Notes: generated by a model from the letters alone, not told the origin. A stretch of 64,000 nt of DNA from Candidatus Saccharimonadales bacterium (GCA_041752595.1 JBGSWE010000004.1:23057-87056); one strand, 5' to 3'. Counted from the stretch's first letter, positions 37,529 to 47,045 are shown. A program made the numbers and translations.

Positions 37529-38425
37529 ATGTTTTCCAAAAAATCTACCAAAAACCAAGATTCTAATGAGCTTCGAACTCGCGCCTCAAATCGTTCGCAG
37601 TACAATTTTTATTCTAAATCTACACAAAACAGATCCAGTGGTGATTTACAGACTGAAACTAGCAGACCTGGTTCTATCAGGCGACGCTTAAGACTGTTCC
37701 CAACCTACATAGCCTTAGGAGTGATCGGAATGAGCTTGTTATTTAGTTTGACGCTTTCATCAAATCCAAGTGTTAACACTGTTGGCGATCAAGATTCACC
37801 ATATAGAAAATTAGAAGATTATGCCAAAGCCGTAGATGAAATTATGTCTAAAAATATCAGTAATAAATCTAAAATAACCGTAGACACCCAAGATGTTGAA
37901 ACTAAATTAATGGATCAATTCCCAGAACTTAGTGCTGCTGCACTTCGCTTGCCAGTCTTAGGACGTAAACCAAGCCTAATAATTGCAATCGAACCGCCAG
38001 CAATACTACTAACCACGCGCACTAAGAGTTATGTGCTCGATAAGTCAGGTACAGTAGTAGCTGATTCGCAAAAATTAAACCAAGAAACAAGATCAAGCTT
38101 AGTGGTGGTACAAGATCAAAGTGGACTAGAAATTACAATTGGTGGGCAAGCAGTTACAAAAGAAACGATACGCTTTATTACTGAAGCAATAGCCCAATTA
38201 AGCGCTAAAAACTATAATATCGAACAACTAACCCTACCCTTAAATGCTAATCAGTTAGATATTAAATTAAAGGGTTACGAATACTATATTAAAACTGATA
38301 TAGCAAGATCGGCTCAGCTTCAGATAGGCAGCTTTCTAGCCGTCAGGGAACAGCTCGAAAGGGAGGGCTTGTCCCCAAAAGAGTACGTAGATGTAAGGGT
38401 AGAAGAAAAAGTATTTTATAAATAA
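37529..38425 (+). CDS. ftsQ: FtsQ/DivIB-like cell division protein
   Basis: It has a cytoplasmic N-terminus, one TM (FPTYIALGVIGMSLLFSLTL) and a POTRA-like extracellular region. It lies after murG. Confidence 0.5.
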   Translation: MFSKKSTKNQDSNELRTRASNRSQYNFYSKSTQNRSSGDLQTETSRPGSIRRRLRLFPTYIALGVIGMSLLFSLTLSSNPSVNTVGDQDSPYRKLEDYAKAVDEIMSKNISNKSKITVDTQDVETKLMDQFPELSAAALRLPVLGRKPSLIIAIEPPAILLTTRTKSYVLDKSGTVVADSQKLNQETRSSLVVVQDQSGLEITIGGQAVTKETIRFITEAIAQLSAKNYNIEQLTLPLNANQLDIKLKGYEYYIKTDIARSAQLQIGSFLAVREQLEREGLSPKEYVDVRVEEKVFYK

Positions 38426-38918
38426 TTTTTTGGTTAATTAACCTAGGTTAACTAGGGTAGTGCCCTAGTGCTCTGCTACGTGTTCATATTTTGTTCATAA
38501 ATAAATAATATAAAAAAACTATATTATTATATCAAAATAGAAAAATGCAAATATTGCAAATAGAGTAGGGCGAGGTAGGGGTGTGGAAAACTTGTGAAAT
38601 AAAGCTAAAAAGTAATGTATTTCACGAAAAGCAAATAGTTTATCTAAAAAACCCATGTAAACGGAAATAGCATCGTAGTAACAAACAGTGCAATTAAAAT
38701 AAAAGAGGTCTAAATAAGTGATTAGTAGCATATGTTTATTATCTGTGCCCTGTTAGGGGGGTATGTGTAATCAACTATTATGTAAATATGCATGTCGTAA
38801 AAGATATAATGTGCGACATGCTTGCTATTTATATTATACTACTCTTCTGACCTTACTTAAGTCCTGTTAATTCCTTTTTGTTTTAAATTTTGAAACGTTT
38901 TTTAGCGGTTTGCCCTTT

Positions 38919-41552
38919 TTAGCGTAGACGTATGATTTCTTCAGTTGATTCCATGTTGCCACTCAAATTAGTTGGCTGCACTATTTGTTCGCTTTTTGTA
39001 TGATTAATTTCTGTAGCAGGTTTTTTCTTTCGTGAGCGGGTGCGTTTGGGTTTATGTGCCTGCTCTTCTGGTTTAGGAGCGTGCTGAGGAGCATTATTTT
39101 GATTATGGTTGTGAGTACTCACCTTTTGGGTGGAATCTTCTTGGCGGGGCTGTACTGGCCTTTGGAAGTGTTCTTTGGGTGGTGTAGGAGGTGTATTTGG
39201 TGTATATTTTGGTGCATTTGATACTGGGCTAGGAGATTGCGACTTAGATGCCATATTATCAGCAATTCGTTGTTCAATTTCAGTTTTGTCCATCGCATAC
39301 ATTTGCCTAGAGTAGTCTACTATTGTATCTGTAAAATCTACTTGATTGGGTGGTTGATTTAGTGTAGATCCACTAAATGGTGATGATTTTTCGCCGCTGA
39401 TTGTCATAGTAGCTACAAAGTTGCGGTTATGTAACTGCATCAAATCTGCCGGTTCAAACTGTGGGGCGTAATATTTTGATAAAAAGGCTGCATCATCAGC
39501 ACCAACCCGGAAGCTAACCATAGATCCAACATTACCGAATACCGCGTCACGTACAACTGGATCCATCTGTGATACGTACTGATTTGCAATAGTTAGGTTT
39601 AGACCGTATTTTCTAGCTTCTGACAAAATAACCGCAAAACTATCAGTTGCAAAGTTTTGAAATTCGTCAACATATAGATAAAATGGTCGCCTTTGATCGA
39701 GCGCTACATTTGCTCGGGACATTGCTGCTAACTGAATCTTAGTTACTATTAAAGATCCAAGAATTGCGGCATTATCCTCTCCGACTAGACCTCTAGACAG
39801 GTTTACGATTAGAATTTTGCCTTCGTCCATGTGCTTCCGTATATTAAAGGTACTTTTTGTTTGGCCGACAATGTTTCTAATCATTGGATTAGCTACAAAT
39901 GCTCCAACTTTATTAAGTACAGGTGCGACCGCTTCTGAGGCGAACTTGTCGTTCCAACTAGCATATTCAGTTACCCAAAATGTTTTTACTACAGGGTCGG
40001 TTATATGACTAATTACGTCGTCTCTAAACTTTTTCTCTGTTAGCATACGAGTAATATCGAGCATTGTTGACTCAGGGTAGTCTAAAAGAGCTAGAATTGT
40101 ATAGCGTAGGATGTATTCAAGCCGTGGCCCCCAAGACTCAAACATTCGCTTAAGCACACCAACTAGCTCTGAACTAATATGATTTTTGAGTGCAGGATCG
40201 GTAACTTCTAGCGGGTTAAAGCCGATCGGGAAGTTTGTATCTGCCGGGTTGAAGTAAATGACATCTTTAATGCGCCTTTCAGGAATAAATCTAAGCATAT
40301 CAACTGCGTAGTCACCGTGAGGATCAATTACACAGAAGCCTTCATTGTAGTAAATATCGGATAGGGTTAATAACTGCAAGAAACCACTCTTACCAACACC
40401 TGTTTGTCCAATTACGTAGATATGACGACCACGATCACTTCGGTTGGCGCCAAAAATAGTGTTTGTACCCCTGAAGTTAGTGACTCCAAACAGACTTAGC
40501 TGGTTCTCGTTGCCACCTTGTTGAATTGGGATGTTTGCTGGCGGTTCGGCGGTCTTGGTAGTCGCCCAAACAATATTTGGGGTTTCTACTGTTGTGTGCG
40601 GCAAATGGAATAAGCTAGCTAGCTCCTCTATATTTAGTATATAGCCGCTATCTATGAAAAATCTTGCTTGGTATTCGGCTAGTTTATCAACGCTAAAACT
40701 CGCTCCCTTACCCATAAATCCATTAAGGTTTGTGGTATTAAATTGCTTAAACGCGCCCTGGATTGCTTGCATTCGTAATTTTGCTAGTTGTTCGCTATGA
40801 CCGGCGTAAACCATTCTAATTTTTACTTGGTAACCTAATTTCGTACCCTTCTCTTCTATAGCTTTGATGCGGGATTTGTCCCGTTCTGATAATTCTGGAG
40901 CTTCGGCTTTTGTAGTTGGCTCGGGTGGTCGAATAAGGGCGCCAAAAGCTTGGCCAACATATGATGCGCCACCTCCATTACCAAAGAAGCCCCCTCCCCC
41001 ACCCTGGATGCGCTTAATCATCTTACTACCACGTTTGTGCCAGTCGTCACTAATTGGTCTGGCGACTATTTGAATCCAGATTTCTTCATCTGGTTCATCA
41101 AGCTTTGCAAGCGTTGCGGTTATTGCTGCTAACGGGTCTACTTCGAAGCTTGGGAAGGTTTTGATAGGAATGGTTTCGTGATCTGTTAGTACTAGTTCTG
41201 AAGTATAAACAACAGATTGATGAAGTCTTCGTTTTGAGTAATCTTCGGTTTGTTCATAAATTTGTACTGTAGGATATTGGGCGTAAATTTGACCCTCTAC
41301 GTAGGCTTGTAAATGCTTGGGTGTCCAGATATAGAATCTTATTCTTTGACCGATAGCTACCATCTCTAAACTTAGGTGGTCCTGTAATGAGCCATCTAGG
41401 CGTAGTTCACGCTTATCACGTAGTATTCCATGTAGACTGGCTAGCATTTGCTCGGCCGCTAACTCTTTTTTGTCGTTGGTACGTGGAATCTCTAGCATCA
41501 ATAGTACTTCTTCGGATGCGTGAGTTTGTAGTTGTTTTCGTGAAAATATCAT
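38919..41552 (-). CDS. FtsK/HerA-superfamily P-loop ATPase, T4SS coupling-protein (TraD/VirD4)-like, soluble
   Basis: 877 aa with Walker A VIGQTGVGKSG, CVIDPHGDY and Walker B FYLYVDEFQNF. About 370 aa of unknown N-terminal domain contain a poly-Gly loop (QGGGGGFFGNGGG). I saw no TM segment. The roughly 130-aa C-terminal tail is Pro/Lys/His-rich. Confidence 0.75.
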   Translation of the reverse strand: MIFSRKQLQTHASEEVLLMLEIPRTNDKKELAAEQMLASLHGILRDKRELRLDGSLQDHLSLEMVAIGQRIRFYIWTPKHLQAYVEGQIYAQYPTVQIYEQTEDYSKRRLHQSVVYTSELVLTDHETIPIKTFPSFEVDPLAAITATLAKLDEPDEEIWIQIVARPISDDWHKRGSKMIKRIQGGGGGFFGNGGGASYVGQAFGALIRPPEPTTKAEAPELSERDKSRIKAIEEKGTKLGYQVKIRMVYAGHSEQLAKLRMQAIQGAFKQFNTTNLNGFMGKGASFSVDKLAEYQARFFIDSGYILNIEELASLFHLPHTTVETPNIVWATTKTAEPPANIPIQQGGNENQLSLFGVTNFRGTNTIFGANRSDRGRHIYVIGQTGVGKSGFLQLLTLSDIYYNEGFCVIDPHGDYAVDMLRFIPERRIKDVIYFNPADTNFPIGFNPLEVTDPALKNHISSELVGVLKRMFESWGPRLEYILRYTILALLDYPESTMLDITRMLTEKKFRDDVISHITDPVVKTFWVTEYASWNDKFASEAVAPVLNKVGAFVANPMIRNIVGQTKSTFNIRKHMDEGKILIVNLSRGLVGEDNAAILGSLIVTKIQLAAMSRANVALDQRRPFYLYVDEFQNFATDSFAVILSEARKYGLNLTIANQYVSQMDPVVRDAVFGNVGSMVSFRVGADDAAFLSKYYAPQFEPADLMQLHNRNFVATMTISGEKSSPFSGSTLNQPPNQVDFTDTIVDYSRQMYAMDKTEIEQRIADNMASKSQSPSPVSNAPKYTPNTPPTPPKEHFQRPVQPRQEDSTQKVSTHNHNQNNAPQHAPKPEEQAHKPKRTRSRKKKPATEINHTKSEQIVQPTNLSGNMESTEEIIRLR

Positions 41553-41724
41553 AATTTTTTAGTTAGTGCAAAAACATAAAGCATAGGCGCTTCAACAGCA
41601 CCTATAGATTATACATCTATTTCGCAGGTGTTATTAGTCCTATATTAGGCATTTAGATCAAACCACATATAATAATCAACTATATTTTTCGAATTGATAA
41701 ATAAACACTGTTTCTTGATGTTTA

Positions 41725-42798
41725 TTATTCAGCTAGCGCGTAGGTGGCTTTTGCAACGCGCTTGAACTGTGGCTTGCCCTGTAGGTTCAGCAGAATCGTA
41801 GTTTCTTTGACGTAACGGTTCTTTAGAACTCGCTTAACGATCTCGTCGCGGTGCAATGGTTCGTTGGCTTTCTTTAATACTTCTGTAATAACATCTGCAA
41901 CGGTTCCCTTTTTGTATCCCCACTCCTTGAGTGCATAGATTCCACGACCAATAAGTACAAAACGATCATCTTTAATTAGTTCGTTATGAATTGCTTGGGT
42001 AGTCACGTCTTTGCGCTTGAAAGAAGAATCTTTGATGGCGTCGGCAATTTCATTAAAGTGCATTTGTTTGCCGTTTTCGAATAAAATCACATAGATTTTA
42101 TCGCGAATGTTCTTAGGATTAACAGTTGGCCATTTTGTAAGACCCCAGCGGCCGTTTAGATGAGCAACTTGCTTGCTAATACTTGCAAGAGCGCGGGTGT
42201 GGGCAACGCTTTTGTCGCCGACTGCTTCAGAGATTTTTTCTATGCCACTTGGTTCGCCAATTGCTTTAATGGCGTCAACAACTGAGTTGACTTGGTCTTT
42301 TAGGATGCGGCTTTCGTGTTCTGAGGCAATTGCAACAGCATGAAAATAGAAGTCGTTTTCGTCCAAAACAATAAGTTTAGGACAAAGCATAGCAAGGAAA
42401 GAAACCTGTGCTTGATCAATCTTGGTGTTGTTCTTGGTAAGCTTTGCGCTAACGTCACTAATGCGACCAGCCATACCCATACTGTGTAGTTCTTGTATAA
42501 ATACTTCTTGAAGCTTTAATACTTCACTAAATTCGCCTTTGGTTGCGCTTGCTCGTAGTTTTGTGACTACGGCTTTCTCGAGCTGTCTAACACGCTCACG
42601 GGTGATACCAAGTAGTTCACCAATCTGTTCTAGAGTTTCTTTGCGGTCAAAAAGTCCAAATCGACGTGATACGATTTCTCGTTCGCGTTCGCGTTCAATA
42701 CTCTCAAGTACGTCTGTTACAACGCTGCTTATATTTAGTACTGCTTTTTGGGTAGATTCAGCCATAAAACTCGTTCTTTCCTGTTTAGAAACTGTCAA
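41725..42798 (-). CDS. Sigma-70 region-4 HTH protein with two HARE-HTH-like domains
   Basis: REIVSRRFGLFDRKETLEQIGELLGITRERVRQLEKAVVTKLR is a region-4.2 pattern. The later MHFNEIADAI...DDRFVLIGRGIYALKEWGY and PLHRDEIVKRVL...FKRVAKATYAL resemble the RNAP delta/HARE-HTH signature. Confidence 0.65.
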   Translation of the reverse strand: MTVSKQERTSFMAESTQKAVLNISSVVTDVLESIEREREREIVSRRFGLFDRKETLEQIGELLGITRERVRQLEKAVVTKLRASATKGEFSEVLKLQEVFIQELHSMGMAGRISDVSAKLTKNNTKIDQAQVSFLAMLCPKLIVLDENDFYFHAVAIASEHESRILKDQVNSVVDAIKAIGEPSGIEKISEAVGDKSVAHTRALASISKQVAHLNGRWGLTKWPTVNPKNIRDKIYVILFENGKQMHFNEIADAIKDSSFKRKDVTTQAIHNELIKDDRFVLIGRGIYALKEWGYKKGTVADVITEVLKKANEPLHRDEIVKRVLKNRYVKETTILLNLQGKPQFKRVAKATYALAE

Positions 42799-43090
42799 AA
42801 TTAACCTGTAATAAGTATTATTCTAACAGCTATATTTTTAATTGTCAAACAAATTTCATCACTTGTTTTTCTAATGCCTATTGTAGCACCAAATGGCACA
42901 AAATGCATAATACGTTTATGGTAATTTACCACGTCATATTTTTGCTAGCAGTGTTACGATAGTGGATAACTATATTATTTTCTTACTTTTCGCTGTTTTC
43001 AGCTCTTCAGAACAATCACACAATCGTTGAAGTAAGAAATCTGGAGTAGTATGGTAAGGGGTTTTAGAGGTTCCCTGTGGGGAGGTAGCG

Positions 43091-43121
43091 AAAAAAACGC
43101 CAGAGCTCCCCATTCGGGCGC
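43091..43121 (-). terminator. Probable rho-independent terminator
   Basis: On the minus strand the sequence reads GCGCCCGAATGGGGAGCTCTGGCG followed by T7, starting right after the TGA at 43123-43125. The stem is short and the loop large. Confidence 0.4.
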
Positions 43122-43122
43122 A

Positions 43123-43539
43123 TCACAACACCTTGAGATGAAGTCTGTACTGTTTGAGTAATTTGATGACTTCATCCAAGTTCTCAGGCATAAAGTTTTC
43201 GATATCAAGCAAGTCATCTTCTGTTTTCTCGATGAGCTCGCCGAGGTTGTGTATTCCACTATTTTCAAGATGAGTTCGCAACACACCGGTGATTACGCCC
43301 ATCATGTAAAGATCCTGTGGCGTGATGCTTAATATCGAATATCGTGAAATTTCATCGGTATTGTTCAGGCTATCAATTGCTCTCCTTAGAGCCAGGAGAC
43401 AGGTTTCGAAGCCTTCTTCATGTCCTTGTTCTTTGCCAACTTGTATTCCAGCGACGTATCCTTGATCGAATCCTTGGTTGAGAAGTTTGATTACAGCCTC
43501 AACAAGTTCGGGGTCTGCTTTTTCGGTTTTTTCTCCCAT
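43123..43539 (-). CDS. Free-standing RNA polymerase alpha-CTD-like (helix-hairpin-helix) protein
   Basis: The C-terminus GVLRTHLENSGIHNLGELIEKTEDDLLDIENFMPENLDEVIKLL matches the alpha-CTD pattern SVR..N.L...GI.t.GdL...te.eLl.i.NfG.KSl.Ei. The start was moved to the ATG at 43539, which has GGAG 4 nt upstream, because a TTGACA promoter element (43627-43632) lies inside the longer ORF. Confidence 0.55.
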   Translation of the reverse strand: MGEKTEKADPELVEAVIKLLNQGFDQGYVAGIQVGKEQGHEEGFETCLLALRRAIDSLNNTDEISRYSILSITPQDLYMMGVITGVLRTHLENSGIHNLGELIEKTEDDLLDIENFMPENLDEVIKLLKQYRLHLKVL

Positions 43540-43745
43540 TTTTCTCCAGATGTGTAGGTGCGAGTTCCCTGTTGGAACTACGGAATCGCCATGCGAGCGC
43601 ATAACTAAAATACATAATATCACATCTGTCAATAAACTTGGATAACTAGTCGATGTTTCACGCACTTTTCACGAAACATCTAAATCCAAATCGTCCCAGC
43701 TCCGCCAGCTGGCGAATTATCAAAAGAACATTAAAGATAATTAAA

Positions 43746-46052
43746 TTACTTCTTTTTGGTAGTTTTTCGACGCACAAACTTCTTAACCGGCGCCTCATCA
43801 AGCAATTTCTTGGCCGCCTTCTCATCTAGTGTCGTAGGATCAATATCCTTAGAAATGCGGGCGTTCTTCTTGCCATCGGTCACATAAGGGCCATAAGGGC
43901 CACGTAGGACCTTGATGGTTCCAAAATCTGCAACATTTCGCTCGGCATTTTGTTTAATCTTCTCAACTACAAATTCTCTGGCCTCAGATTCGGTAATCGT
44001 AAATGGGCTAAGTTTTTTAATAGAAACATACATTTTATCGACTTTGACATAAGGTCCAAAACGGCCAATATCAGCATAGATTTCTTGGCCATCAGCCGTT
44101 TTACCTACCAAACGAGGTAAGTCAAACATCGGCAAAGCTTGTTCGAGTGTTACGTTGTCCATAGTTGTGTCATCTGGCATAGGGGCAAATTCTGGTTTGA
44201 TTTCTTCGTCTGCAGTATCGCCGCGTTGTAACATTGGACCATAGCGGCCAAATCTAACTACTATAGGTTTGCCACTTTTTGGATCGTCGCCTAGCTTTCG
44301 TGACTGACTAGTTTCTTCCCTGGTAACATCGGCCGAGGCTTTGATGAGTGGCTTAAATTCATTATTATAAAATTCAGAGATCATCTTGTTCCAAGATGTT
44401 TTGCCGTCGGCAATATCGTCAAACTCTTTTTCTGCCCCAATGGTGAAATCATAATCAACAATTGGTGCAAAATATTTGGTCAAAAAGTCGGTAGTAACTT
44501 CTGCAACTGGTGTTGGAATTAGTTTGTTTTTGTCAGCACCGGTAATGACCTTTTCTTCTTTGCCCCCAAGATCCTCACCGTCAAGAATAAGGGTATTTAT
44601 GATTCGTTCCGTGCCTTCGAGGTCACTTTTTTCTACGTAGCCACGGTCTTGAACTGTTGAAATCGTTGGCGCATAGGTGCTTGGCCGTCCGATACCCATT
44701 TCCTCAAGTGCTTTAACAAGGCTTGCCTCTGAAAATCTAGCCGGTGGTCGGCTAAAAGTTTCTGTTGCATGGATAAGACCGGGCGTTAGTTCTTGGCCTT
44801 GTTTCATTTCTGGTAGGATTATGTCGTCCTTGCCACCACCGTACACTCGGAGGAAACCATCAAAAAGTAACACTTCCCCCTTAGCTATATAATATTCAGA
44901 TTTTTCTTTTCCGTCTTTTGTATTTACAGAAATTTTGACCTCAGTTTTATCAACTTTAGCTGGCGACATTTGTGAAGATAAAGCACGTTGCCAGATAAGG
45001 TTATATAGCTTCTTCTGTTGGGCATCGTCACCAGCTGTATCTTTGTTAAAATCCGTTGGACGAATAGCTTCATGAGCTTCTTGAGCACTAGAATTCTTAG
45101 TTTTGAACTGGCGTACTTGGTGATATTGCTTGCCAAAATTCTTTGTAATGTAATTTTCGGCATTGGCAATTGCCTGACCAGACAAAATAGTGCTATCAGT
45201 ACGCATGTAGGTAATATGACCAGATTCGTACAGTCTTTGAGCTAGTGACATGGTTTGGCGGACAGAATAACCAAGCTTACGCGAGGCTTCTTGTTGCAAG
45301 GTGCTGGTAGTAAATGGTGCGCCGGGGTTACGAGTGCCTGGTTTTTGCTCGATAGATGAAACTGTGTAGCTAGCACCAATACAACTCTTTAAAAACGATT
45401 CTGCGGTTTTTCGGTCGGCTAATTTTTCTGATAATTCGGCCGGAATTGTAGCTTTGCCACTGATAAAATCGCCAGTGATTTTGTAGGTGCTGTCTGATTC
45501 GAAGGCGCGGATGTCGCGTTCACGCTCTACGATAATACGAACTGCAACAGATTGAACTCGTCCGGCAGATAAGCCAGCTCTTACTTTTTTCCATAATACT
45601 GGTGATAATTCGTAGCCAACCAAACGGTCCAAAACGCGGCGCGCTTGTTGCGCGTCTACTAGTCTTAAATCAACATTTCTTGGGTTCTCGATTGCAGCTA
45701 GGATCGCTGGCTTTGTGATTTCGTGAAACACGATTCGCTTGGTTTTCTTGGGGTCTAGACCAAGTGCCATACATAGGTGCCATGATATAGCCTCGCCTTC
45801 GCGGTCTTCATCGGATGCTAGCCAAACGGTGTGTGTTTTAGCAAGCTTTTTTAGTTCTGCTACTGTGCGCTTTTTTTCTGGAGAGATTTCGTAAGTTGGT
45901 TCAAAATTATTAGCTTTGTCAATGGATAAACCCTTCTTGGGAAGGTCGCGGATATGGCCAAAACTGCTTTTTACGGTGTAATCTTTGCCTAGATATTTTT
46001 CGATTGTTTTTGCCTTGGCTGGTGACTCGACTATTACTAAATTTTTGCTCAC
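43746..46052 (-). CDS. topA: DNA topoisomerase I
   Basis: It has the TOPRIM LVIVESPAKAKTIEKYLG, the acidic DEDREGE and the active-site ITYMRTDS. The C-terminal repeats FGRYGPM, GRFGPYV and RGPYGPYV replace Cys4 zinc fingers. Confidence 0.97.
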   Translation of the reverse strand: MSKNLVIVESPAKAKTIEKYLGKDYTVKSSFGHIRDLPKKGLSIDKANNFEPTYEISPEKKRTVAELKKLAKTHTVWLASDEDREGEAISWHLCMALGLDPKKTKRIVFHEITKPAILAAIENPRNVDLRLVDAQQARRVLDRLVGYELSPVLWKKVRAGLSAGRVQSVAVRIIVERERDIRAFESDSTYKITGDFISGKATIPAELSEKLADRKTAESFLKSCIGASYTVSSIEQKPGTRNPGAPFTTSTLQQEASRKLGYSVRQTMSLAQRLYESGHITYMRTDSTILSGQAIANAENYITKNFGKQYHQVRQFKTKNSSAQEAHEAIRPTDFNKDTAGDDAQQKKLYNLIWQRALSSQMSPAKVDKTEVKISVNTKDGKEKSEYYIAKGEVLLFDGFLRVYGGGKDDIILPEMKQGQELTPGLIHATETFSRPPARFSEASLVKALEEMGIGRPSTYAPTISTVQDRGYVEKSDLEGTERIINTLILDGEDLGGKEEKVITGADKNKLIPTPVAEVTTDFLTKYFAPIVDYDFTIGAEKEFDDIADGKTSWNKMISEFYNNEFKPLIKASADVTREETSQSRKLGDDPKSGKPIVVRFGRYGPMLQRGDTADEEIKPEFAPMPDDTTMDNVTLEQALPMFDLPRLVGKTADGQEIYADIGRFGPYVKVDKMYVSIKKLSPFTITESEAREFVVEKIKQNAERNVADFGTIKVLRGPYGPYVTDGKKNARISKDIDPTTLDEKAAKKLLDEAPVKKFVRRKTTKKK

Positions 46053-46162
46053 GCGTATTCTCGATTCGGTTTTATTTAAAATTGCTCACGGCTATCTGCA
46101 TAGTTTAGCAGACGTTCGACGCGTAACAATAGCACGACCTACTATATAAGTGCAACAAAATG

Positions 46163-46333
46163 TTATTCGAGCCAGGCTTTGCCGGCTTTGTAGCCGACGT
46201 AAATGCCTAAGATTGGCCCAACAATTGCACCAAGCAAAAAACTCCATAGACCAAAGCCATCATCGAGCATTCCGCAGAGCCAAGTACCCAATAATCCGCC
46301 AATCGTTAAGCAAGTGATCATTAGTAGTCTCAT
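46163..46333 (-). CDS. Possible 56-aa two-helix membrane peptide (below the ORF-track cutoff)
   Basis: My translation reads MRLLMITCLTIGGLLGTWLCGMLDDGFGLWSFLLGAIVGPILGIYVGYKAGKAWLE. Support is hydrophobic periodicity only. Confidence 0.3.
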   Translation of the reverse strand: MRLLMITCLTIGGLLGTWLCGMLDDGFGLWSFLLGAIVGPILGIYVGYKAGKAWLE

Positions 46334-46392
46334 AAGATCAGTCTAGCACTTATTGATCACAACTAGACTAGCTTTTCACGAACATTTCATGG

Positions 46393-46902
46393 CTAAAGAT
46401 GAATTATATACATATAAGTAGGGCTAGTGATTGGACCGGGTACGGCCAATACCAGAATGCCAAGTTCTAAGGCGAACCTAGCGGTGTGTAACGAGCCGCT
46501 ATTTATAGCTGCCTTTGTTATCAGCACTGCTTCAGCTAAGCTTGCAATAATACGATTGCGAGCGACAAAATTAATCTTAAATGGTTCTGTCTGCTCCGGA
46601 TATTCAGTTACCAACAAGCCATGACTACTGGTAATCTGGTGGGCTAACTGAGTATGTGTGCGCGGATAAATTTTGTCCAGACCACTAGGAATAACGGCGA
46701 TAGTTTTGCCACCGGTTTGTACGACGCTTTGGTGGGCGATTGAATCTACCCCCAGCGCCAAACCGCTGACTGTAACTACGCCTTTTCCTGCCAGCTCGCT
46801 GGCGAATTTGGTCGTAACGGCACGGCCGTATGGGCTTACCTTACGGCTGCCAACTATAGCAATCCTCGGCTCTTTAAGAAGTGCATCAAGACTATCGCTA
46901 CT
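46393..46902 (-). pseudogene. dprA: dprA (DNA processing protein A/Smf) remnant, truncated at both ends
   Basis: The open frame SSDSLDALLKEPRIAIVGSRKVSPYGRAVTTKFASELAGKGVVTVSGLALGVDSIAHQ...RNRIIASL...SGSLHTARFALELGILVLAVPGP is the DprA Rossmann core. A TAA at 46903-46905 immediately precedes it and there is no ATG/GTG/TTG before the GSR motif. After PGPITSP the sequence diverges and stops. Confidence 0.6.
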
Positions 46903-46926
46903 TTAAGTAGAGTGATTTAGGGGGTT

Positions 46927-46949
46927 GAGGAAGTCTTAGGACTTCTTTT
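46927..46949 (+). terminator. Terminator-like hairpin upstream of the ncRNA promoter
   Basis: GAGGAAGTC-ttag-GACTTCTTT plus T; one pair is G-U on the + strand. No + strand gene lies upstream, so its role is unclear. Confidence 0.25.
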
Positions 46950-47010
46950 GGTAAATATCGTTTCAGTAAGCGTAATCATGTTGACAAATGGGCGATTAAG
47001 TTAAAAAGTA

Positions 47011-47039
47011 TTGACATAATCCCATAAATTTGCTAAAAT
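47011..47039 (+). promoter_or_regulatory. Near-consensus sigma-70 promoter (TTGACA-17-TAAAAT) with no ORF behind it
   Basis: The -35 is exact, the spacer is 17 nt and the -10 is TAAAAT. Its architecture matches the other promoters in the window. Confidence 0.55.
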
Positions 47040-47045
47040 AGCAAT

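Noticed and set aside
38519-38731. A 70-aa minus-strand ORF in the 490-bp gap after ftsQ.
   Set aside because: It is an AT-rich F/Y/I/L-biased translation with no SD or promoter, so it is probably non-coding spacer. I recognised no RNA family there either.
43540-43665. The 42-codon N-terminal extension of the alpha-CTD-like ORF, as drawn in the ORF track.
   Set aside because: A TTGACA promoter element and a palindromic leader lie inside it. The internal ATG at 43539 has GGAG upstream, and the extension translates to non-protein-like sequence.
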